Positions 11,523 to 21,698 of a stretch of 64,000 nucleotides of DNA are shown piece by piece; positions within the stretch are counted from its first letter, which is position 1; each line of letters opens with the position of its first letter. This stretch comes from Macrostomum lignano. Its lineage: Eukaryota. The position numbers were made by a program, and so were the translations under genes. The notes beneath the pieces were generated by a model. It searched no databases. It was given only the letters and a program-made list of their open reading frames with translations, and was not told the DNA's origin. Location of the stretch: contig NIVC01002095.1 of assembly GCA_002269645.1 (NCBI GenBank), positions 56,614-120,613 on the forward strand. The letters are read 5' to 3'.

Positions 11523-14500
11523 ATGCTTCAAGAATTTGAGCATGTACCCGACCTGCTGTTAAAAACGCTGGCTGGGAGCACGGACGAATTGCGTAACCTG
11601 CTCGTTGACTGCAACGCAGAGGACGTGAACGCACAGGACCCCGGTCATCGAACTGCGCTGCACGCGGCGGCGCATGTTGACCAGCCAGACATTGCCCGGC
11701 TGCTGCTGCAAAGCGGCGCCAATGTCGAATGCAAAGACGCCGGCTGGCAGACGCCGCTGCACCGCGCCTGCGCCTCTAAATCGGCCGGGTGCGCGCAGGT
11801 TCTGCTAGAATATCAGGTGAGAACATCACTAGTAACCCACCTTACTCTGAATCTTATCTTTAGACCTCATCAACCAATCAGGAACTACAAGTATCAATCA
11901 CCCACCCTATTCTAATTCCTACCCTCTGGACCCCACCGTCCAATCAGACAGCGCCAGACAGCCACTTCTGTCCAATTCCTACCCTCTGGACCCCACCGAC
12001 CAATCAGACAGCGCCAGACAGCCACCTCTATCCAATTCCTACCCACTGGACCCCACCGTCCAATCAGACAGCGCCAGACAGCCACTTCTGTCCAATTCCT
12101 ACCCACTGGACCCCACCGACCAATCAGACAGCGCCAGACAGCCACTTCTGTCCAATTCCTACCCACTGGACCCCACCGACCAATCAGACAGCGCCAGACA
12201 GCCACTTCTGTCCAATTCCTACCCTCTGGACCCCACCGACCAATCCGAAAGCGCCAGACAGCCACCTCACCCCTATTCCAGGCGGATGCCAACAGTCGGG
12301 ATCGTGGCTGGCAGACGCCGCTACACGCGGCCGCAGCGCACGGTTCGGTGGATTGCGCTTGGCTGCTGCTGCCTCACCTGCCCGCTGGCGCCCTGACCTG
12401 CGTCGATCGCGACGGCCACACGGCGCTTCATCACGCGGCGCTAAACGGGCAGACGGAGGTGGCGCAGCTGCTGCTAACGAAAGCGCCGGAGCTGGTGAAC
12501 ATCGAGGACAGGCAGGAGTGCCGGCCGCTGCACTGGGCCGCCTGCCATGGCAGCGAGGCGATGCTCGAACTGCTGGTTCGTCACGGCGCCGAGTTGAACG
12601 CGCCAGATGAGCTCGGCTTCACGGCGCTGCACGCGGCGGCCGCCTGCGGTCACGTGCTGGCAGTCAGACGGTTGGTGTCGCTTGGCGCGGATTGCGAGCT
12701 GACAACCAGAGCAGGCAACACGCCGCTTCACCTAGCGTGCTTGAATGGTTTCGATCAGGTGTGCGGATGCGGATCTGGAAGCCACCAATCATTTTGGCCA
12801 GACTGCGATGCACGTTTCTGCGGCAGGTGCACAGTTGGTGGGGTGGGGTTCGAGTTTTTAATTGCTATCGGGATAGTTATTTCCAGGTGTCTACTGATAT
12901 GGCGCTGATATAGGTGTCAGATAGGGCGCTAATATAGGTGTCAGATAGGGCGCTAATATAGGTGTCAGATGGGGCGCTGATATTGGTGTCAGATATGGCG
13001 CTGATATAGGTGTCAGATATGGCGCTGATAGGTGTCAGATAGGGCGCTAATATAGGTGTCAGATAGGGCGCCAATATAGGTGTCAGAAATGGCGTCAAAA
13101 TATGTCCGATATGGCGCTTATATAAGTGTCAGATAGTCGCTATTAAAGCTGTCAAAAACGGCGTCAAAATATCTGTCATATAGGGCGCTTAAAATATCTG
13201 TCAAATATGGCGCTAATATAGGTGTCAGAAATGGCGCCAAATATCTGTTGGAATGGGTACCAAAGTGGCTGTTTTAGCAAGATATTTCAACCCCTCCAAA
13301 CCGAAGGCTCCCATTCGGCCCTCTGTCTCGACTGGCTCATCGACGAATTCGCCAACGTGCACGTCCGCTGCCGCGCCGGCCGGACGCCGCTGCACATGGC
13401 CGCGCTGCACGGCCGCGCCAGCCGCGCCCAGACCCTCCTGGCCGACAGGGCCAGCGTTGACGCCGTCGATTCCGCCGGCTATTCGCCGCTAGGCTTCGGC
13501 GCACTCGGCGATCACCAACTGCTGCTGGAGGCGCTGATCCGTGCCGGTGCCTCGGTCGGCGCCCCGGCCAGGCCCGACGGTCTGACGGCGCTGCACCTGG
13601 CCAGTCTGACCGGCTTCCTCGGCTGCGTTCAGCGCCTGCGACTGGCCGACGTCGAGGGCGGTTTGGACAGGGCCGACCGACACGGCCGAACCTGCCTGCA
13701 CGCTGCGGCTTCTGCTGGCCGTGCTGACGTTGTTCAGCACCTGCTAGATCGGGGAGCGGACGCTGGCGCCGTTGACTGCGCCGGCCGGACGCCGCTGCAC
13801 CTGGCTGCCGCTAGGTGAGCCAATTAGCTTGTGAAAGGGCCGAGCCAAACCGTCAAAACTCGCCATCTTTATCAATAACAATTCCAGAGGTCACGAAGCC
13901 GCAGCCTTGGCGCTTCTGAGCCACGACGCTAGACTGGCCGATGCACCCGACGCTGAGGGTCGGACACCGCTGCACCTGGCGGCTGCCTCAGCTGATCTGC
14001 GCCTCATCCGCCGGCTCATCGCCTGCGACGGCAGCGGCGCCGGCAGATTCGACCACCGCGGCCGCCTGCCGTTGCACTTCGCCCTGGCGTCATTGGCCGC
14101 GGCAGCGGACGCCGCCGAAGCCGCCGCGGTGCTGGCCGAAGCGACGCCAATGACGGCGTTGGTCGCCGCCGCCTCGACTTCGACAGCGACGGAGACGGCC
14201 AATCCGCAGCATCTGGCGGCCTATCACGGTCGGGAGAAGGCGCTGGCGGTGCTGGCCAGACGCCTGCCGATGGCGCTCGATGGAAGCGGCGACGCCGAGG
14301 GTCGGACACCTCTGCACCTGGCTTCGGCCAGGTGAGCGCTTTGGTAGCTTGGCGCCTTGAACAGGTTTCTGTCTCGTGACGTTATTTAAACGTGAAGCTA
14401 CGTGAAGATACGACGCAAGCAAACACCATGCCAACCCCTCCTCCCCATGCCACGCAACCCCAGAGGCTGCCTGTCCGCAGTCCGAGTCCTACTCGCCGAC

Positions 14501-17500
14501 GACTTCGCCGTTGGCGACGTACGCGATCGGTCCCGACAGTGGTCGGCGGTGCACTACGCTGCTGCCGGCGGCCACGCTGTCGTCCTTCGTGCCCTACTAA
14601 CAGCCGCGGCTGGGCGGAGTGCCGCTCTGACCAGCTTGAGCGTCTCGGCCGCTGTCGAAGCCGCCGACTCGACCGGGCGCCGACCGCTGATGCTAGCGGC
14701 GCAGAATGGCCACGAGGAGGCCGTGAAAGTCCTGCTTGAGGTGAGGCGAAATTCATTGGTTTGGAAAGAGAAAAGCATGAGGGCCAACCCCTTCAGGACG
14801 CCGAGAGGGTGCATGCCCGACGATTAGAAAGTCAGGTCAGAGCCGCTGTACACCCGGTGTGAGCGCGTGTTCGAGTGCGTGCCTGCGTACACTTGGCGGG
14901 CTTGAATGTGCTCAGGGGTCAGCGGAATGGCCAGCTGGTCAGTGCTAAAATGGGCCGTTTTAGAGTTGTATAGTACCAGTAAGTGAACTCAAAAATGGAT
15001 TTAAGGCTGGCGCCCAGCCCGACGCAACCGATTTTAACGGCCTGACGTCGCTGCACCGCGCCGCCGCCTGCGGTCACGTCGCCTGCGTCGGCCAGCTGCT
15101 CTCCGCTGGCGCCCGGCCCGACATCGTCGAGCCGCGCCTTCGCCGCCAGCCGCTGCACCTGGCGGCCGCCGGTGGCCATGTCGACGCCATTGCCCGACTG
15201 CTGGATGCTGCTGACATTGTTAAAGTGTCGAACTGCTTTGCCGACTCTGTCGACGCTTGTGGCTTCGCTCCGCTGCACTGGGCAGCTGCTGGAGGTCACG
15301 TGACTAGCTTGAACCTGCTGTTGTCTCGAGGTTGTCGGGCCGGCCGACACCGACTTAATTGGAGCCGATTCAGTCTGCTGCACTGCGCTGCCGCGGCTGG
15401 TCGAGAGGCCTGCGTGCAGATCCTGTTGCAGCATCGGGCGGAGCAGCATCATCAGGGTGTGAGTCTGGGTGCCAGGGGAGCGTAAGCAAGACTTTTTTCG
15501 ATTGACCAGGGGCTTTAGCACCAGGGGCTTTAGCACCAGGGCTTTAGCACCAGGGGCTTTAGCACCAGGGGCTTTAGCACCAGGGGCTTTAGCACCAGGG
15601 GCTTTAGCACCAGGGGCTTTAGCACCAGGGGCTTTAGCACCAGGGGCTTTAGCACCAGGGGCTTTAGCACCAGGGGCTTTAGCACCAGGGGCTTTAGCAC
15701 CAGGGGCTTTAGCACCAGGGGCTTTAGCACCAGGGGCTTTAGCACCAGGGGCTTTAGCACCAGGGGCGCCAGCACCAGGGGCTTTAGCACCAGGGGCTTT
15801 AGCACCAGGGGCGCCAGCACGCAGGGGCTTTAGCACCAGGGGCTTTAGCACCAGGGGCGCCAGCACCAGGGCGCGTTAGCACCAGGGACGCCAGCACCAG
15901 GCGCGCCAGCACCAGGGGCGCCAGCACCAGGGGCGCCAGCACCAGGGGCGCCAGCACCAGGGGCGCCAGCACCAGGGGCGCCAGCACCAGGGGCGCCAGC
16001 ACCAGGCGCGCCAGCACCAGGGGCGCGTTAGCACCAGGGACGCCAGCACCAGGCGCGCCAGCACCAGGGCGCGTTAGCACCAGGGACGCCAGCACCAGGC
16101 GCGCCAGCACCAGGGGCGCGTTAGCACCAGGGACGCCAGCACCAGGCGCGCCAGCACCAGGGGCGCGTTAGCACCAGGGACGCCAGCACCAGGCGCGCCA
16201 GCACCAGGGGCGCGTTAGCACCAGGGACGCCAGCACCAGGCGCGCCAGCACCAGGGGCGCGTTAGCACCAGGGACGCCAGCACCAGGCGCGCCAGCACCA
16301 GGGGCGCCAGCACCAGGGGCGCCAGCACCAGGGGCGCCAGCACCAGGGCGCCAGCACCAGGGGCGCCAGCACCAGGGCGCCAGCACCAGGGCGCCAGCAC
16401 CAGGGGCTTTAGCACCAGGGGCGCCAGCACGCAGGGGCTTTAGCACCAGGGGCGCCAGCACCAGGGGCGCGTTAGCACCAGGGACGCCAGCACCAGGCGC
16501 GCCAGCACCAGGGGCGCGTTAGCACCAGGGACGCCAGCACCAGGCGCGCCAGCACCAGGGGCGCCAGCACCAGGGGCGCCAGCACCAGGGGCGCCAGCAC
16601 CAGGGCGCCAGCACCAGGGGCGCCAGCACCAGAGCGCCAGCACCAGGGCGCCAGCACCAGGGGCTTTAGCACCAGGGGCGCCAGCACGCAGGGGCTTTAG
16701 CACCAGGGGCTTTAGCACCAGGGGCGCCAGCACCAGGGGCGCGTTAGCACCAGGGACGCCAGCACCAGGCGCGCCTGCACCAGGGGCGCCAGCACCAGGG
16801 GCGCCAGCACCAGGGGCGCCAGCACCAGGGGCGCCAGCACCAGGCGCGCCAGCACCAGGGGCGCGTTAGCACCAGGGACGCCAGCACCAGGCGCGCCAGC
16901 ACCAGGGGCGCCAGCACCAGGGGCGCCAGCACCAGGGGCGCCAGCACCAGGGCGCCAGCACCAGGGGCGCCAGCACCAGGGGCGCCAGCACCAGGGCGCC
17001 AGCACCAGGGCGCCAGCACCAGGGGCTTTAGCACCAGGGGCGCCAGCACCAGGGGCGCCAGCACGCAGGGGCTTTAGCACCAGGGGCTTTAGCACCAGGG
17101 GCGCCAGCACCAGGGGCGCGTTAGCACCAGGGACGCCAGCACCAGGCGCGCCAGCACCAGGGGCGCCAGCACCAGGGGCGCCAGCACCAGGGGCGCCAGC
17201 ACCAGGGGCGCCAGCACCAGGGGCGCCAGCACCAGGCGCGCCAGCACCAGGGGCGCGTTAGCACCAGGGACGCCAGCACCAGGCGCGCCAGCACCAGGGG
17301 CGCGTTAGCACCAGGGACGCCAGCACCAGGCGCGCCAGCACCAGGGGCGCCAGCACCAGGGGCGCCAGCACCAGGAGCGCCAGCACCAGGCGCGCCAGCA
17401 CCAGGGGCGCCAGCACCAGGGGCGCCAGCACCAGGGGCGCCAGCACCAGAGGCGCCAGCACCAGGGCGCCAGCACCAGGGGCGCCAGCACCAGGGCGCCA

Positions 17501-18810
17501 CCACCAGGGCGCCAGCACCAGGGGCGCCAGCACCAGGGGCTTTAGCAAAAATTGAAGTTAATATAATACCCGGTGGCCTACTCCGCAATCATTCGCTTAC
17601 AGAAGTCCACCCAGTCAACCGTTAGCAGTTCCGACGCGGTACGAGTATTTCCCGTCGACATCAGGGATTGTCGAGGTCGAACTCCGCTGCACCTGGCCGC
17701 CGCGGGAGGCCACCCGCGCGTGGCGGAGCTGCTGCTCCGTCACGGTGCCACGGTTGACGCAGTGGATTGTCGAGGTCGAACTCCGTTGATGACAGCGACA
17801 GCTGCTGCCGCCTCGGCCAGGGCCGGCTGGGGGTCAGCCAATGGCGCCCATGTCGCGCGGATCGAGGCGCTGCTATCGGCGCTGATTAAAGCTGGCGCCG
17901 CGTCAGTTGAAGCGCGCGATCCGTATGACGGCGCCAGCTGCTTGCATCGCGCCTGCGCTGGGCACAAAAGTGAGGTGGCTTTGGCACTGTTGAAACTCCT
18001 GCCAGATGTCGGTCGCCTAGTGGAATCCGTGAGCTGAATACAGATGACTTCACAATTAGACTTGCTTCTTGAAATGTTTGGGCTGCTTTATCCCAAATCC
18101 AAACCCAAACCAAACCCAAACCAAACCCAAACCCAAACCCAAACCCAAACCCAAACCCAAACCCAAACCCAAACCAAACCCAAACCAAACCTAAACCCAA
18201 ACCTAAACCCAAACCCAAACCCAAACCCAAACCCAAACCCAAACCCAAACCCAAACCCAAACCCAAATCCAAACCCAATCCCAAACCCAAACCCAAATCC
18301 AAACCCAAACCCAAACCTAAACCCAAACCCAAACCCAAACCCTGACCCTGACCCTGACACTGACCCTGATCCTGACCCTGACCCTGACCCAAACCCAAAC
18401 CCAAACCCAACCCCCAACCCAAACCCAAACCCAAACCCAAACCCCAACCCAAACCCAAATCCAACCCCAAATCCAAACCCAAACCCAAACCCAAACCTAA
18501 ACCCAAACCCAAACCCAAACCCAAACCCTGTCCCTGATCCTGAGCCTGACCCAAACCCAAACCCCCACAGACCGATAATCAGGGCCGAACGCCGCTACAC
18601 CTGGCCTGCGCTGGTGCCCTGCCTGACGTAGCCGTCGCTCTGATCCAACGTGGTGCCCCGCTGTTCGCCGTTGACGCCGCCGGCCAGGTGCCCGCGCTGG
18701 CCTGCACCGCCTCGAGACCGGCGGCCGAATGCCTGCAGGCCGTGCTCGACGCCATGCTGTCAGCGGCTGCGGCCTGTGGCGGACACCAACGAAGAGGCGG
18801 TCGTTGCTGA
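11523..18810 (+). CDS. Serine/threonine phosphatase 6 regulatory ankyrin repeat subunit (ANKRD28/ANKRD44/ANKRD52 family); frameshifted as assembled
   Basis: Exons 11523-11816, 12282-12826 (frameshift near 12760), 13307-13814, 13888-14331, 14464-14740, 15006-15458, 17603-18028, 18571-18810. Family motifs: [40 protein letters not shown] (human STHGALCLELL), C-terminal [30 protein letters not shown] (human [30 protein letters not shown]). Start codon and paralog not fixed. Confidence 0.85.
11912..12270 (+). repeat. 60-bp tandem repeat (6 copies), each with CCAATC(A/C)G, intronic
   Basis: AATTCCTACCC recurs at 11914, 11974, 12034 and onward. Confidence 0.93.
12895..13240 (+). repeat. ~24-bp minisatellite (GGCGCTGATATAGGTGTCAGATAT), intronic
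   Basis: Direct reading. Confidence 0.9.
14774..14930. other. Unidentified dispersed element, copy 1 (copy 2 at 56016-56156)
   Basis: Shared blocks AGCATGAGGGCCAACCC, GAC(G/A)ATTAGAAAGT, GCCGCTGTACACCC, GTGTGAG, AATGTGCTCA, GTCAGCGGAATGG. Confidence 0.8.
15505..17548 (+). repeat. 15-bp GC-rich minisatellite (AGCACCAGGGGCGCC/GCTTT) with ~272-bp higher-order unit, intronic
   Basis: Near-identical spurious ORFs at 16168, 16440 and 16712. Confidence 0.97.
18093..18565 (+). repeat. (CCAAAC)n hexamer microsatellite with CCTGAC blocks, intronic
   Basis: Direct reading; ends at acceptor acccccacag 18570. Confidence 0.97.
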
Positions 18811-19569
18811 AGTTCGCTTTAAAAACGATTCGCAGGATGTCAATTTACGGGCTGTGACGCAAGCAGCAGCAGGAATAAAAACTTAAAGAAACAACAGGAA
18901 CCGGTCGATGATGATTATTTTTTTCACAATGAATTGCTTCGAACTATAGGGAACATAAAACTAACGCTTCTGATGCCAAAGATCTAAAGAGCCTGTCAAC
19001 TTAGTCTCATAAAGTGGAGCCCGAGTAACCTATGTACGAGTACACAATTGATACATCATTCTGCTCACAGAAACTTCAAAAGTAACGAGTTGCAACACCC
19101 AAGGTAGTAGTTTAGTTATTACGGTGCGTAACGCTGGATAGCTCTCAGAGCGCTTGTGCGTTATTTTGATCGAAATCCATGCGTGCTCCAATGAACTTCT
19201 TGCTCATTCCCATGATCATTTTTTTCTGTCATTTTTCCTTCCCCCAGAATTCCTGTATTTCAGTAACGCACAAACACACTATTTTAAGTAGTGCTAGACT
19301 TTTGAAATAGTCTATTTAGTCGTAAAATGGTGCTTACTTCATTTATTACGGTCACTGCGTCAGTTTTACACTACTTCATCGATTTTTCCTCATTGCAACA
19401 TAAAGCTTCAGCCTTTTAGAGGCTTTTTTCAATAATTGTTTGCCCCTGCACTATTGTTTGTAATTGACATTACAAAAGAATTATTAGTTGTAAATTCCAT
19501 TGAGTTAGCAAATTCAAAACAAGTGCTACGCGTTATGTAAAAAGCCGCAATAAAGAGAACATTTTGGTC

Positions 19570-19640
19570 GTTCCTTCCTTCCTTCCTTCCTTCCTTCCTT
19601 CCTTCCTTCCTTCCTTCCTTCCTTCCTCCCTTCTTTCCTT
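19570..19640 (+). repeat. (TTCC)n microsatellite
   Basis: Direct reading; lies next to the LINE insertion site. Confidence 0.95.
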
Positions 19641-19664
19641 CTTTTTTCGTTCGTTCGCGTTTGT

Positions 19665-21292
19665 TATAGTTGAACCGCTTCTCCGGTTGACGTCGACCCA
19701 CGCGTCGCTGCAGCAGAAAACCGTCGTCGTCGGTAGGAAGAGCAGTCCGCAGCACCCAGTCAAGCACCAGGACGAACAGAAACGGCGCCAGCGTATCTCC
19801 CTGAAGCACTCCGGAGGATGTCTCAAAGGAGTCCGATAGGCCGTCCGGTGTTGTCACAGCAGCTGTCGTATCACGGTACATCGCCATGACGGCGGAGATC
19901 AGCTGCTCAGGCACGTTGTACGCGCGGAGCACCATTGGAAGCACGGCTCTGACAACCGAGTCGAATGCCTTCTTGAAATCAATAAAGATTAAAATCAGTA
20001 TCGACTGACGAATCCGCGCCTCCTCGATGACTCGGCGAAGAGCCAGGATCTGCGCCACTGTGCCGCGATGGGGCCGGAACCCGTTCTGCTCTGGGCGCAG
20101 GTACGGATCCAGCACGGGCTGCAACCGCGAAAGCAGCATCCGGTTGAACAGCTTCGCTGCACAGGACTGAAGGCAGATGCCTCGATGGTCTTCAAGCCTA
20201 GTGGTGCCCGGCTTCTTTGGAACAGCGACGATGTGCGCCGTGGTCCATTCGTTGGGCGCCGCCTCACCGAAGAGCACGCGGTTCATCACTCTGGCGACCT
20301 CAGCGGCCACACAGGGGATGCGCAGCGCCTCGATGGGCACCTCGTCCGGACCCAGCGCTTTCCCGCCCGGTGACTGCTGGGCGAGCTTGACAACGTCGGC
20401 TGCGTTGACTGGGGCTACGCTGAAACTCTCCTCTGCCGGCAGCGGCGTCTCCGGCGGCAGCGTCTCAGCGTGCTTGGCTACGCCGACGACCTCGCCCTGC
20501 TGTCCTCGACCGTCGAGGGCGCCCAACGGCAGCTGGACAGGCTGGTTGCCGTTGCGGCGAGTGTCGGCCTGGTGGTCAACACGCAGAAGACCGTTGTGCT
20601 CTGCGTGCCGGACGACATCGAGGCTGCAATATTTTGCCGAGGCGCTGACGGGCAGGCGACCGAACTCCCGCGATGTCAGCAGTTCGTCTACCTCGGCGGT
20701 CTGGTTCCAGACGCTCGCGAGGACCTGCGACGCCGCCGCGGGCTTGCCTGGGCTGCCTTTCGTTCTGTGAGGGCAGTCCTGCAGTCCGAGGCCCTACCGG
20801 ACCGCCAGAGGGCGGCGCTGTTCCAGGCGGTAATCGAGACCGTCCTGCTGTACAACGCCGAGACCTGGACGCTGACGGACTCACTCGAACAGCAAGTCGA
20901 TGCGGCGCACGCTGGTCTGCTGCGCGCCGCCTTCAACATCGGCGTCGAGCGAGTCACCAACGCGGCACTCTATCGCCGCGCTGGCCTGCCACGTCCAAGT
21001 GATCTACTGCGCCGTCGGCGACTCCAGCTCGCAGGCCATCTCATCCGCGCCGAGTCGTACTGCCCACAGCCGGTGCAGGAGGTGCTGCTGCTCACGCTGC
21101 AGGCACCCTACCGGCGAGGTCAAGCGCGAACTCGGCGTTATGTCGACTGTCTGCTGGCTGACGCCGGCGCCCCGGACACTGCCGGTGGCGCGGCCTTTGT
21201 TCGCGCCCAAGCCATGAAGCGCGCCCTGTGACGCTGACTTTTACCATCATGACAGCGTATTTTGTTGTTGTTGTTGTTGTTGTATAGTTGAA
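19665..21292 (+). mobile_element. 5'-truncated, 5'-inverted RTE-like non-LTR retrotransposon copy with 10-bp TSD
   Basis: Minus arm (about 20469-19672) encodes the N-terminal RT (KALGPDEVP, QNGFRPHRGT, FIDFKKAFDSV, GVLQGDTLAPFLF...EKRF); plus arm (20467-21231) continues SVLGYADD...YLG...RRRRLQLAGHLIR to a stop; (TTG)n tail 21261-21282; TSD TATAGTTGAA at 19665-19674 and 21283-21292. No endonuclease domain retained. Clade assignment is by motif only. Confidence 0.92.
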
Positions 21293-21698
21293 GAATGGAA
21301 CAGATCAACAAGAACAGTGGGCGGTCGCATGCAGCCTATGATAAGCGTACGAGCTATATAGCCCCTGCTTGCATTGAAGACGATCCCTTCAAATGGTCCA
21401 GCGCAGAGCTGTCCAGCAGTTCGGGGGTGCATTACACAGCTGTTCTTCACTTCGTTCCTGCATATGGATTCTCTCTTTCCTAAGAAACACTATCAGCTAT
21501 AGGCAAGATCCTTACAACAGAGAATATCTAACAATCCCGGAAATCAATCGATTCCAACGCGGCAGCGGAGAACCTTCGAGCCCAGTTTAGCTCTATAATA
21601 AAATAGTATAGATATTAACGTTCCCCCTTCCGTGCACCCATGTTATTCTCGATCTGTTCGTTGACGCGAAGACTTTGGGGTTCAAGCAGCAGCCGGTA

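Noticed and set aside
14957-14973. GTTTTAGAGTTGTATAG resembling a type II CRISPR repeat start
   Set aside because: Single 9-nt match, no array or tracr; chance.
15505-17548. 15-bp unit as a CTCF site or Chi array
   Set aside because: GCACCAGGGGCGC has four G where the CTCF core CCACCAGGGGGCGC needs five, and no exact GCTGGTGG Chi octamer was seen.
19429-21231. Prokaryotic RT system (retron, DGR, group II intron) or a programmed invertible switch
   Set aside because: RT motifs, C-terminal RRLQLAGH, simple-repeat tail and TSD fit a non-LTR retrotransposon; there is no recombinase or long inverted repeat, and twin priming explains the inversion.
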